Of a stretch of 20,000 bases of DNA, positions 1 through 8,165 are shown in pieces. The position numbers and the translations under genes were made by a program. The stretch lies in sequence record SRR9188677_125; one strand, 5' to 3'. The stretch's first letter is position 1; every line of letters begins with the position of its first letter. The notes beneath the pieces are model-generated. The model saw only the letters and a program-made list of their open reading frames with translations. It had not been told where the DNA came from and ran no database searches.

Positions 1-252
1 AACGCCACTACTTTTGACAACCATCAGATTATACTCAATTGCACGCCAATCGGGACAAGTCCGAACACTAAAGAATTCCCGCCTATTCCGTATAATTTCT
101 TTACCGAAAAACACATTGCTTTCGATCTGATCTACAATCCGGAAGAAACCCAGTTTTTGAAAAAGGCCAAAAAGAAAGGTGCCGTGGTTAAAAACGGTTA
201 TGAAATGCTGGTACTTCAGGCAGAAAAGGCGTGGAAAATCTGGAATAAATAA
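1..252 (+). CDS. aroE: Shikimate dehydrogenase, C-terminal part (truncated by window start)
   Basis: Manual frame-1 translation NATTFDNHQIILNCTPIGTSP...AFDLIYNPEETQFLKKAK..GAVVKNGYEMLVLQAEKAWKIWNK*, TAA at 250-252. The NxTPxG, DLIYNPxET and NGxxMLxxQA motifs are typical of AroE. Not in the ORF track because it has no start codon in the window. Confidence 0.93.
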   Translation, partial: NATTFDNHQIILNCTPIGTSPNTKEFPPIPYNFFTEKHIAFDLIYNPEETQFLKKAKKKGAVVKNGYEMLVLQAEKAWKIWNK

Positions 253-258
253 ACCGAA

Positions 259-732
259 ATGAACATCAAACTTTTAGCGATCGGGAAAACCGACAATAAA
301 GAACTTCAGAAGCTGATTGAGGAGTACACCAAGCGTTTGTCATTTTACATTAAGTTCGATCTGGAAATCATTCCTGATATTAAAAACGTCAAAAACCTTT
401 CAGAAAGCCAGCAAAAGGAAAAAGAAGGCGAATTGATTCTGGCAAAGCTCACTCCTACCGATCAGTTGATTTTGCTCGACGAAAACGGAACAACCTTCTC
501 AAGCGTGTGTTTTTCAGATTATCTGCAAAAGAAAATGAATTCGGGTGTCAAGACTTTAGTATTTGTGATTGGCGGCCCATACGGATTCAGCGAGGAAGTC
601 TACAAAAAAGCGCAGGGAAAAATTTCGCTTTCGCTGATGACCTTCTCCCATCAAATGGTGCGGTTATTCTTTATTGAGCAGTTGTATCGTGGCTTTACAA
701 TTTTAAGGAACGAGCCTTATCACCATCAGTAA
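259..732 (+). CDS. rlmH: 23S rRNA (pseudouridine1915-N3)-methyltransferase
   Basis: 157 aa SPOUT protein with FVIGGPYG, SLSLMTFSHQMVRL..EQLYR and terminal EPYHH motifs. Confidence 0.96.
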   Translation: MNIKLLAIGKTDNKELQKLIEEYTKRLSFYIKFDLEIIPDIKNVKNLSESQQKEKEGELILAKLTPTDQLILLDENGTTFSSVCFSDYLQKKMNSGVKTLVFVIGGPYGFSEEVYKKAQGKISLSLMTFSHQMVRLFFIEQLYRGFTILRNEPYHHQ

Positions 733-1551
733 TTATACTCGAGAAACCAATTTTATCGTTTCCATTGCTTCTTTTACATCGTGAACGCGTAGGATATTTG
801 CCCCTTTCTGCAAAGCGATTGTATTGAGGACGGTAGTTCCGTTTAAGGCCGATTCCGCGGAAGTTTCCAGTGTTTTGTAAATCATCGATTTTCTTGAAAT
901 GCCAACCAGCAAAGGCAAATCCAGTTCCGAAAATAATTCCAGATTGTTCATTAGTTCAAAATTCTGCTCGAGCGTTTTGGCGAAACCAAATCCCGGATCA
1001 ACAATTAAATCGTTGATACCTAAACTTCTTGCTTCGGCAATTTTTCCTGAGAAATAGAGCAACACTTCCTTCGTAACATTTTCATAGTGCGCCAGGCTTT
1101 GCATCGTTTGCGGATTGCCTTTCATGTGCATCATGATGTAAGGAACGTGAAGTTCTGCTACTGTTTTCATCATATTCGCATCGAGACTTCCGGCAGCTAT
1201 GTCGTTGATAAGGCACGCACCGGCTTCAATTCCTGCTTTCGCTACATTCGCACGGAAAGTATCAATAGAAATTAAGGTATGCGGAAAATGCTTCAAAACC
1301 AGTTCAATCGCTGGAACCAAACGTTCGATTTCTTCTTCTTCGGATACAAATTCGGCACTTGGTTTGCTTGAATACGCCCCGACATCTATAAAAGTTGCTC
1401 CTTCAGCCAACATTTTCTCAACCTGCTTCAAAATACCTTTTTCATCAGAATGTTTTCCGCCATCGTAAAATGAATTTGGAGTAACATTAAGGATGCCCAT
1501 TACTTTGGGAGTTGACAAATCAATAAGCGTTCCGAGGCAGTTTATAGTCAT
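733..1551 (-). CDS. folP: Dihydropteroate synthase
   Basis: VMGILNVTPNSFYDGG, IDVGAYSSKP, SIDTF, DPGFGFAK, GISRKS and ILRVHDV motifs. Confidence 0.97.
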   Translation of the reverse strand: MTINCLGTLIDLSTPKVMGILNVTPNSFYDGGKHSDEKGILKQVEKMLAEGATFIDVGAYSSKPSAEFVSEEEEIERLVPAIELVLKHFPHTLISIDTFRANVAKAGIEAGACLINDIAAGSLDANMMKTVAELHVPYIMMHMKGNPQTMQSLAHYENVTKEVLLYFSGKIAEARSLGINDLIVDPGFGFAKTLEQNFELMNNLELFSELDLPLLVGISRKSMIYKTLETSAESALNGTTVLNTIALQKGANILRVHDVKEAMETIKLVSRV

Positions 1552-1583
1552 TGTTAATTTAAGATAGTTATAAGATTTAGTCC

Positions 1584-1614
1584 TTTGAACTTCGGCCTTT
1601 ATTCGTTACTTTTG
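1584..1614 (+). promoter_or_regulatory. Bacteroidota sigma-ABfr-type promoter for the DUF1599 operon
   Basis: TTTG at 1584-1587 (-33), 19-bp spacer, TACTTTTG at 1607-1614 (-7, TAnnTTTG consensus). Confidence 0.7.
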
Positions 1615-1661
1615 ACCCGAGACCCTTAGGTCGAACTGTACGAAAGTAAAAAAAATTGATA

Positions 1662-1669
1662 CAAAGATA
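1662..1669 (-). promoter_or_regulatory. Candidate -7 promoter box for folP
   Basis: Plus-strand CAAAGATA reads TATCTTTG on the minus strand. A weaker alternative, TACTTTCG, lies at 1641-1648. Confidence 0.5.
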
Positions 1670-1676
1670 CACCGAA

Positions 1677-2219
1677 ATGAGTAATACTTCTCAAGAATAC
1701 GACAAGGTTATCGGGATTTGCCGGCAACTGTACGCCAATAAAATGAAAGATTACGGAAGCGCCTGGAGAATCCTCAGATTGCCCTCAGTAACCGACCAGA
1801 TTTTCATCAAAGCCCAACGAATCAGGAGTTTGCAGCAAAACGAAATCCGTAAAATTGACGAAGACGAAACGGGCGAATTCATCGGAATCATCAACTATTG
1901 CATCATGGCCCTGATCCAGCTGGATTTAGGCGTTGTAGAACAACCAGATTTAGATGCTGCAAAAGCTGTCGAACTATACGATGAGAAAGCGGCACTGACC
2001 AAAAAACTCATGGAAGACAAAAACCACGATTACGGTGAGGCTTGGCGTGAAATGCGTGTGAGCTCGTTAACCGATCTGATTCTTCAGAAGTTACTCCGCG
2101 TAAAGCAGATTGAAGACAATAAAGGTAAAACCTTAGTTTCAGAAGGCATCGATGCCAATTACCAAGACATGATTAACTACTCCGTTTTCGCATTGATTTT
2201 GATGAAATTCGGGCAATAA
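1677..2219 (+). CDS. DUF1599 (nucleotide modification associated domain 1) protein with two tandem domains
   Basis: Internal duplication: KMKDYGSAWR..IKAQRI..GIINYCIMALI and KNHDYGEAWR..QKLLRV..DMINYSVFALI. ATG at 1677 preferred over TTG at 1656. Confidence 0.85.
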   Translation: MSNTSQEYDKVIGICRQLYANKMKDYGSAWRILRLPSVTDQIFIKAQRIRSLQQNEIRKIDEDETGEFIGIINYCIMALIQLDLGVVEQPDLDAAKAVELYDEKAALTKKLMEDKNHDYGEAWREMRVSSLTDLILQKLLRVKQIEDNKGKTLVSEGIDANYQDMINYSVFALILMKFGQ

Positions 2220-2229
2220 ATAATTTAAA

Positions 2230-3330
2230 ATGGCAGTTTCAAAAAACACAATTTCTTGGGGAATCCGATATGTAATTTCATTTTTATTCCTGCTCTCGGC
2301 AGTAGCCAAGCTTTATCCTTCACCTTATTTTGCAATTTCAACTTTTGAGGTAAAACAGTTATATCCTATGGGTTTTTCAGAAGGATTTGCTCCCTATTTC
2401 TCCCGAATCCTTATCGGAATCGAATTCGCTTTAGGAATATTGATTCTGCAAAAGAACTTTTTGAGAAGCATTGTAATCCCAGCTACATTCCTGCTTTTGG
2501 CAGTATTCGTAGGACATTTGACTATCGAGACCATTTCCAACGGAGGAAATTCCGGAAACTGCGGCTGTTTTGGAAGTTTGTTGCCAATGACACCAATTGA
2601 AGCGATCCTTAAAAATGTAGTAGCGATGGCTTTATTGGGCTGGTTATACGTCATAATCCCAAAAACAGGAGAAAAGACTCATAACTTCTGGGTACTGAGC
2701 ACCGTAACATTAGGAGCCATTTTAGCGATGTTCATGATTGCGCCCATCCAACCTGTTGAGAGCAGTTTTAGCGTTTCAGGCCCCGAACAAACAGTCATTG
2801 ATTCAACAGAAACTGCCATCGACACTTCTAAAGTTGAAGCTGCTCCGGCATCGATCGCAAAAGACACTTTGAAAAAAACCGCTGAAGTAAAAGTTGACGC
2901 TGAAACCGAAGTTTTAGAACCTAAAAAACACAAATCGGGTTATACACAGTATTTTTCACACATCGATAAAGGAAGAAAGACGCTTTGTTTCTTCGTACCG
3001 GGTTGCGATCACTGCCGTGTTGCTGCCAAGGAGTTGACCGAATTAAAGAAAACCAACAAAAACTTCCCTGAGATTTCCATTATCTTCATGAATGAGGAAG
3101 CGGATTTGATACCGGCATTTTTTAAGGAAGCCGGTGCGGAATACCCGTACAAGATCATAGAAATCATTCCGTTCTGGAAGGTTTTGGGCGACGGCAAAGA
3201 CACTCCTGGAGTAAAATACTTATGGAATGGTAATGAATACAAGTACTATTTTGGTATCGGGGATAATAAATTCAACCCTGTTGATTATCAAAAACTGATT
3301 AACAAATCGTATCCTGAATTGAAGAAGTAA
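2230..3330 (+). CDS. DoxX/MauE-family membrane protein fused to a C-terminal thioredoxin-like domain (BT_3928-like)
   Basis: About 5 hydrophobic segments with SAVAK, IEFALG and NCGCFG motifs, an acidic low-complexity linker, then FFVPGCDHCR and TPGV. Confidence 0.8.
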   Translation: MAVSKNTISWGIRYVISFLFLLSAVAKLYPSPYFAISTFEVKQLYPMGFSEGFAPYFSRILIGIEFALGILILQKNFLRSIVIPATFLLLAVFVGHLTIETISNGGNSGNCGCFGSLLPMTPIEAILKNVVAMALLGWLYVIIPKTGEKTHNFWVLSTVTLGAILAMFMIAPIQPVESSFSVSGPEQTVIDSTETAIDTSKVEAAPASIAKDTLKKTAEVKVDAETEVLEPKKHKSGYTQYFSHIDKGRKTLCFFVPGCDHCRVAAKELTELKKTNKNFPEISIIFMNEEADLIPAFFKEAGAEYPYKIIEIIPFWKVLGDGKDTPGVKYLWNGNEYKYYFGIGDNKFNPVDYQKLINKSYPELKK

Positions 3331-3369
3331 ATCTAATTTAACTATATTTAAAACCTTAAATTTTAGATT

Positions 3370-3672
3370 ATGATTAAATATTTTATGTCCAGGAGCATGC
3401 TCGAAAGAGGGATAATCGGCATTATCTTCTGCATACTGCTTTTTGCTTTTGGGTATTTTTTCATCTTGAATTACGTTTCCACACTGGAAAGGCCGCCGCT
3501 GGGAAACACTTTATACATTTTATTGGGGAGCACCTTCAGTATAGTTTCCCTACTGGGGATAGTATTGATTATAAAATACCTATACGATTACAAGAAAAGA
3601 AAACTACGCAAGGAACGTAAAAGGAAAAAGCACAAATTGTTTTACTTGAAAAACATAAAAAAAAACAAGTAG
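3370..3672 (+). CDS. Small two-TM hypothetical membrane protein with a polybasic C-terminal tail
   Basis: 100 aa, two hydrophobic stretches, tail KKRKLRKERKRKKHK. Fills the gap between co-oriented genes. Start could be the 2nd or 3rd Met. Confidence 0.6.
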   Translation: MIKYFMSRSMLERGIIGIIFCILLFAFGYFFILNYVSTLERPPLGNTLYILLGSTFSIVSLLGIVLIIKYLYDYKKRKLRKERKRKKHKLFYLKNIKKNK

Positions 3673-3720
3673 AGACAACAAAAAAGACTAAAGCCGTTTC
3701 ACACAACACACAATTCCATT

Positions 3721-4215
3721 ATGAAAAAGATACTATTTTGCATTATTGCCACAACCACTTTAGCCTGCAGCAATGCCCAAGACAAGCAGTTCGCGAAAGA
3801 AAGCCTGGCCAAAAAACTAATAACTCCTCAAAATACTGAAATAGCATTCAAGGATATCCTAAAAAAACACAGCGGCAAGATTACGGTTATAGAAGTCTGG
3901 GCTTCCTGGTGCGGCGATTGTGTAAAGGCAATGCCTAAAGTAAAGCAAATGCAGGCAGACTTTCCGGATGTGGATTACGTATTCCTTTCCATGGACAAAG
4001 CTTTTGACAAATGGGAAAATGGGATAAAGCACCACGAACTCAAAGGCGACCACTATTGGGCAACCGACGGAATGAAAGGCGAATTCGGAAAATCGATTGA
4101 TTTGGACTGGATCCCGAGATATATAGTGCTAGACAAAGCCGGAAAAGTGGTACTCTACAGAGCCATAGAAACCGATTTTGAAAAAATTTACGACCAAATA
4201 AAAAAACTACAATAA
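3721..4215 (+). CDS. TlpA/ResA-family thiol-disulfide oxidoreductase, exported
   Basis: N-terminal signal (possible lipoprotein Cys in TLAC), VWASWCGDC active site, WIPRY cis-Pro loop. Stop overlaps the tpiA start by 1 nt (TAATG). Confidence 0.9.
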   Translation: MKKILFCIIATTTLACSNAQDKQFAKESLAKKLITPQNTEIAFKDILKKHSGKITVIEVWASWCGDCVKAMPKVKQMQADFPDVDYVFLSMDKAFDKWENGIKHHELKGDHYWATDGMKGEFGKSIDLDWIPRYIVLDKAGKVVLYRAIETDFEKIYDQIKKLQ

Positions 4216-4967
4216 TGAGAAACAAAATAGTTGCGGGCAACTGGAAAATGCACAAGAACGCTGAAGAAACAGAAGATTTATTAAACGAACTTATAGATCA
4301 GTTACCTAATGATGTTGAGGCACAGATTATCGTAGCGCCAACATTTGTAAATCTTGCTTCAGCGGTAGATCATTTAGAATTCACCAACATTGGTGTAGCT
4401 GCACAAAACATGAGCCAGTTTGAAAGTGGCGCTTACACTGGTGAAATCTCAGCAGACATGCTCAAAAGCATTGGCGTAAACATAGTCATCATTGGTCATT
4501 CAGAGCGCCGAGCGTATTTCAATGAAACCGATTTTATCCTGGCAGAAAAAGTCACAACGGCCTTAAAAAATAACCTGACCGTAATTTTCTGTTTTGGGGA
4601 AGAATTAAAAGACAGGCAAAACAACCAGCATTTTAATCTGGTAGAAAACCAATTGCGTGACGGATTATTCCATATCGAAAATAAAGATTGGGAAAATATC
4701 ATATTGGCTTACGAGCCGGTTTGGGCTATCGGAACAGGAGAAACAGCATCTCCCGATCAGGCACAGGAAATGCACCAGTTCATTAGGGAAGTGGTTCAAA
4801 AAAGATACGGAAACGAAATTGCTGACGATGTCTCAATTCTTTACGGAGGCAGCGTAAAACCGGACAATGCCAAAGAAATCTTCTCAAAACCAGATGTTGA
4901 CGGCGGATTGATCGGAGGAGCCGCACTGAAAGCTGCTGATTTTGCGGCAATTGTGGATTCGATCTAA
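4215..4967 (+). CDS. tpiA: Triosephosphate isomerase
   Basis: AGNWKM, GHSERR, AYEPVWAIGTG, LYGGSV and DGGLIGGA motifs. Confidence 0.99.
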   Translation: MRNKIVAGNWKMHKNAEETEDLLNELIDQLPNDVEAQIIVAPTFVNLASAVDHLEFTNIGVAAQNMSQFESGAYTGEISADMLKSIGVNIVIIGHSERRAYFNETDFILAEKVTTALKNNLTVIFCFGEELKDRQNNQHFNLVENQLRDGLFHIENKDWENIILAYEPVWAIGTGETASPDQAQEMHQFIREVVQKRYGNEIADDVSILYGGSVKPDNAKEIFSKPDVDGGLIGGAALKAADFAAIVDSI

Positions 4968-4987
4968 CGATAATTTCCTATAAATTC

Positions 4988-5021
4988 AAAAGACCTTTCA
5001 TTAATTTGAAAGGTTTTTTTT
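4988..5021 (+). terminator. Intrinsic terminator after tpiA
   Basis: AGACCTTTCA-ttaatt-TGAAAGGTTT stem followed by a T run. Confidence 0.8.
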
Positions 5022-5113
5022 ATGTTTTAAGTTAATTTATACACTTTAACGATTTTTTTTACACTTAATCGAATAAATCTTATACTTTTACGGTTCATTA
5101 AAGTCAAAATCAA

Positions 5114-5584
5114 ATGAAAACAAGATTTGCCCTGATTCTTGTGCTATTATTTTCGTTGAGTGTAAATGCACAGATTGATTCTCAAAAACGGTTCCAATCC
5201 GATTCGAGAAAGTACTATGTATGGAATAAGGAATTCGATAAATACGAATTAAAGGAAACGGAATACGAAAACTCTGTAATCGATATTCGTGAAATTGGCT
5301 CAAAGACCAATGGCTACATCGTTATCAGCATGATTGACAATGGACAGGTTCGATTGCACCACGGATCTATAATAGAATTTACACAGACCAGCGAAACGGA
5401 AGGCACCTGGCTGATCCGCTCTAAATTCATGAGAGCCAAGCTAATTTATAATCCAAAGGAAAATACGATTACCTATTTATATGACGTTGACAATAAACGC
5501 TACAGCAGAATGATGATTTTTGCGGTTGCCCCGGATTCAGCACCAAATGCCGGTTTAAAAGCTGTTGCCAATTCTGACGATTAA
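5114..5584 (+). CDS. Hypothetical exported beta-rich protein
   Basis: 156 aa with a Sec signal peptide ending VNA|Q (Bacteroidota Q-rule) and alternating beta-strand patterns. No family recognised. Confidence 0.75.
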   Translation: MKTRFALILVLLFSLSVNAQIDSQKRFQSDSRKYYVWNKEFDKYELKETEYENSVIDIREIGSKTNGYIVISMIDNGQVRLHHGSIIEFTQTSETEGTWLIRSKFMRAKLIYNPKENTITYLYDVDNKRYSRMMIFAVAPDSAPNAGLKAVANSDD

Positions 5585-5624
5585 AGTTTTCGCAAAATGC
5601 CTTCACAGTAAGACTGCCGATTGT

Positions 5625-5632
5625 TACCTTTG
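5625..5632 (+). promoter_or_regulatory. -7 promoter box for prmA
   Basis: TACCTTTG matches TAnnTTTG, 15 nt upstream of ATG 5648, which supports that start. Confidence 0.65.
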
Positions 5633-5647
5633 CAAAAAAACAATCTA

Positions 5648-6481
5648 ATGTCAAACATTTATTTAGCTTACCATTTTTCGGTTGAACCTAAAGAAACGGG
5701 TTCCGAAATCTTAATCGCATTGCTGGGCGAAAAACCCTTTGAAAGTTTCATTGAGACTGAAAACGGATTTAGCGCCTTTATTCAAAAAGATTTATGGACT
5801 AAAAACATCTTGGATGATATTACTTTGTTACATTCTCCTGAGTTCGCTATTTCCCACACAATCGAAGAGATTGACCAAGTTAATTGGAACGAAGAATGGG
5901 AAAAAAACTTCGAAGCCATCGATGTAGACGGAAAATGTCACGTCCGCGCCCCTTTTCACCCTAAAACCAACGCTGAGTTTGATATCGTTATCGAACCCAA
6001 AATGAGCTTTGGAACCGGGCATCATGAAACGACGCACATGATGATCCAGCATCTTTTGGAAATTGATGTCGCCAATAGGAAAACGCTCGATATGGGCTGT
6101 GGGACTGCCATCCTTGCCATCCTTGCCGAAATGAAAGGCGCGAAACCTATCGATGCTATCGACATTGACAACTGGTGCTACCTAAATTCCATTGAAAATG
6201 CAGAACGGAATAATTGTACCGAAATTACAGTTTATGAAGGTGACGCAGCTTTACTTAAAGGCAAAAAATACGACCTCATCATAGCCAACATCAACCGCAA
6301 CATTTTACTGAACGACATGCAGCAATATGTGGATTGCCTCAATAAGGACGGAATCTTATTATTGAGTGGTTTTTACACAGAAGACATTCCATACATTGAT
6401 AAATCGTGTACGGAAAAAGGCTTAACTTATGTTAAAAAATTCGAAAGAAACAATTGGACATCACTTAAATACGTAAATTAG
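5648..6481 (+). CDS. prmA: Ribosomal protein L11 methyltransferase
   Basis: NWNEEWE, IEPKMSFGTGHHETT, LDMGCGTAIL, IANINRN and LLSGF motifs. ATG at 5648 used instead of TTG at 5621. Confidence 0.96.
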   Translation: MSNIYLAYHFSVEPKETGSEILIALLGEKPFESFIETENGFSAFIQKDLWTKNILDDITLLHSPEFAISHTIEEIDQVNWNEEWEKNFEAIDVDGKCHVRAPFHPKTNAEFDIVIEPKMSFGTGHHETTHMMIQHLLEIDVANRKTLDMGCGTAILAILAEMKGAKPIDAIDIDNWCYLNSIENAERNNCTEITVYEGDAALLKGKKYDLIIANINRNILLNDMQQYVDCLNKDGILLLSGFYTEDIPYIDKSCTEKGLTYVKKFERNNWTSLKYVN

Positions 6482-6482
6482 C

Positions 6483-6500
6483 CCCCTGAAATTTTACACT
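6483..6500 (+). repeat. Left arm of a perfect 18-bp inverted repeat (CCCCTGAAATTTTACACT)
   Basis: Exact reverse complement of 8166-8183. Lies in the 29-bp prmA-clpS gap. Confidence 0.85.
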
Positions 6501-6510
6501 TGCAAAGGAA

Positions 6511-6792
6511 ATGAAAATGAGTACTATAGAAAAAGTCCAGGAAGACGTACTTGTAGAAGAACAAACCGGGATCAACAACGAAATTGTATTGTATAATGAT
6601 GATGTCAATACTTTTGACCATGTGATTGACACCTTAATACGGGTTTGCAACCACACTTCAGAGCAGGCCGAGCAATGCGCTATTTTAGTCCATTATAAAG
6701 GAAAATGTACGGTAAAGACAGGCTCTTTTGACGAACTGAAACCACAATGCACTTCTCTTTTAGAAGCCGGGTTGAGTGCTGAAATCATTTAA
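6511..6792 (+). CDS. clpS: ATP-dependent Clp protease adaptor ClpS
   Basis: IVLYNDDVNTFDHVI and AEQCAILVHYKGKC motifs. True start may be the second Met at 6517. Confidence 0.93.
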   Translation: MKMSTIEKVQEDVLVEEQTGINNEIVLYNDDVNTFDHVIDTLIRVCNHTSEQAEQCAILVHYKGKCTVKTGSFDELKPQCTSLLEAGLSAEII

Positions 6793-6794
6793 CC

Positions 6795-7217
6795 TTAAAA
6801 TTTCCAGTCGAATTCGTCGTTGTCATTGATGATGGCACCAATCTCAATGCGGATAATATCATTGTATTCTGATTGCAGGATCAGCCAATTGCTTTCGTTA
6901 AAGTGGTTTTCAGTGGTATCAAAATCCTCTTTTGTCCAGGATTTGAATGGCAGTGCGGCTTTAGCTTCCTCGATATTTCCCCCGATTAGTTTTTTATCCA
7001 AAATTGCCGCTTCCGGATTGGAGCAGATGATATACCCTAAACGAAAATCCTCATCTTCATAAAACGTCAGGCTCCATTTCTGCTTATTGTACAAACAGAT
7101 TAAATTCCCGTCCTCATCATTATACTGTTTGTCGGCCTTGCCGTAAAGTGATTCCACATCTTGCTGCTTCATGCCAAAAAGCAACTGGTCTATTCCGTTT
7201 TTTAGATTGATAACCAT
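6795..7217 (-). CDS. Acidic hypothetical protein, cytoplasmic
   Basis: 140 aa clean ORF filling the clpS-ygiD gap. The GIDQLLFGMxxxDVxxLYGxAD opening is reminiscent of BLIP/SmpA-like folds (inference). Confidence 0.8.
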   Translation of the reverse strand: MVINLKNGIDQLLFGMKQQDVESLYGKADKQYNDEDGNLICLYNKQKWSLTFYEDEDFRLGYIICSNPEAAILDKKLIGGNIEEAKAALPFKSWTKEDFDTTENHFNESNWLILQSEYNDIIRIEIGAIINDNDEFDWKF

Positions 7218-7248
7218 TTATTAAAATTAGGAGTTATGGGTTATTTGT

Positions 7249-7266
7249 ACTTACTGCAAAGTAAGT
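7249..7266. promoter_or_regulatory. Palindrome ACTTACT-GCAA-AGTAAGT, candidate operator between divergent genes
   Basis: Perfect 7-bp arms. Overlaps a promoter-like TTACTTTGC on the minus strand. Confidence 0.5.
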
Positions 7267-7310
7267 GAAGTTTTCCCGAATCTTCTAAACAGATTTAGTA
7301 ATTTTACATC

Positions 7311-8141
7311 ATGCAAGACCTGAACAACTTACAGCAATTTACAGACTCTTTACCCAATACAGAGCGAATGCCTGTCCTCTTTCTGGGACACGGCAGCCCA
7401 ATGAATGCGATTGAGGAAAATGAATTCGTTGCAGGATTTAGAAATGCTGCCGCCACTCTTCCAAAACCAACTGCCATTATTTGTATTTCGGCGCATTGGT
7501 TCACCAAAGGCACCAAGGTCACCGCTATGGAAATGCCACAGACCATCCATGATTTTGGTGGTTTCCCGAAACCTTTATATGAAGTGCAGTATCCTGCAAA
7601 AGGAAACCCCGAATTAGCACAGGCAACAAAACTATTGTTGGAACCCGCAATAATCGAACTCGATGAAAAATGGGGGTTGGACCACGGAGCCTGGTCGGTT
7701 TTGAGGCATCTCTACCCAAAAGCAGACATTCCGGTAATCCAGCTGAGCATTGATTATTCCAAACCGGCGCAATATCATTTTGATTTAGCCCAAAAGTTAA
7801 GCACACTGCGTGATAAAGGCGTACTAATCATTGGCAGCGGCAACATAGTCCACAACCTTCGTTTGGTTGATTTCCAGAATTTCCATAAAGACAATTATGG
7901 TTTTGACTGGGCCATTGAAGCCCGAAGTACCATCAACAACTATCTTTTCAATGGCGATTTCCAGTCGCTGATTGATTATGAAACCAAATCCACAGCAATA
8001 CAACTCGCAGTTCCTTCCCCGGATCATTTTTTACCCTTACTCTATACTTTGGGATTAAAGCAGAAAAGCGAAGAACTGTCTCTATTCAATGACAAACTTT
8101 TAGCCGGAAGCCTAAGCATGACTTCGGTGAGGATCGGTTAG
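7311..8141 (+). CDS. ygiD: 4,5-DOPA extradiol dioxygenase (LigB family)
   Basis: PVLFLGHGSPMNAI, ISAHW, TIHDFGGFP, WGLDHGAW, GSGNIVHNL and PSPDHFLPL motifs. Confidence 0.93.
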   Translation: MQDLNNLQQFTDSLPNTERMPVLFLGHGSPMNAIEENEFVAGFRNAAATLPKPTAIICISAHWFTKGTKVTAMEMPQTIHDFGGFPKPLYEVQYPAKGNPELAQATKLLLEPAIIELDEKWGLDHGAWSVLRHLYPKADIPVIQLSIDYSKPAQYHFDLAQKLSTLRDKGVLIIGSGNIVHNLRLVDFQNFHKDNYGFDWAIEARSTINNYLFNGDFQSLIDYETKSTAIQLAVPSPDHFLPLLYTLGLKQKSEELSLFNDKLLAGSLSMTSVRIG

Positions 8142-8165
8142 AATCCTGTAAATTCCAGGAACAAT

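Noticed and set aside
8144-8160. TCCTG-N7-CAGGA hairpin after ygiD as a terminator
   Set aside because: Only a 5-bp stem and no U-tract. It is better viewed as a degenerate copy of the neighbouring repeat motif.
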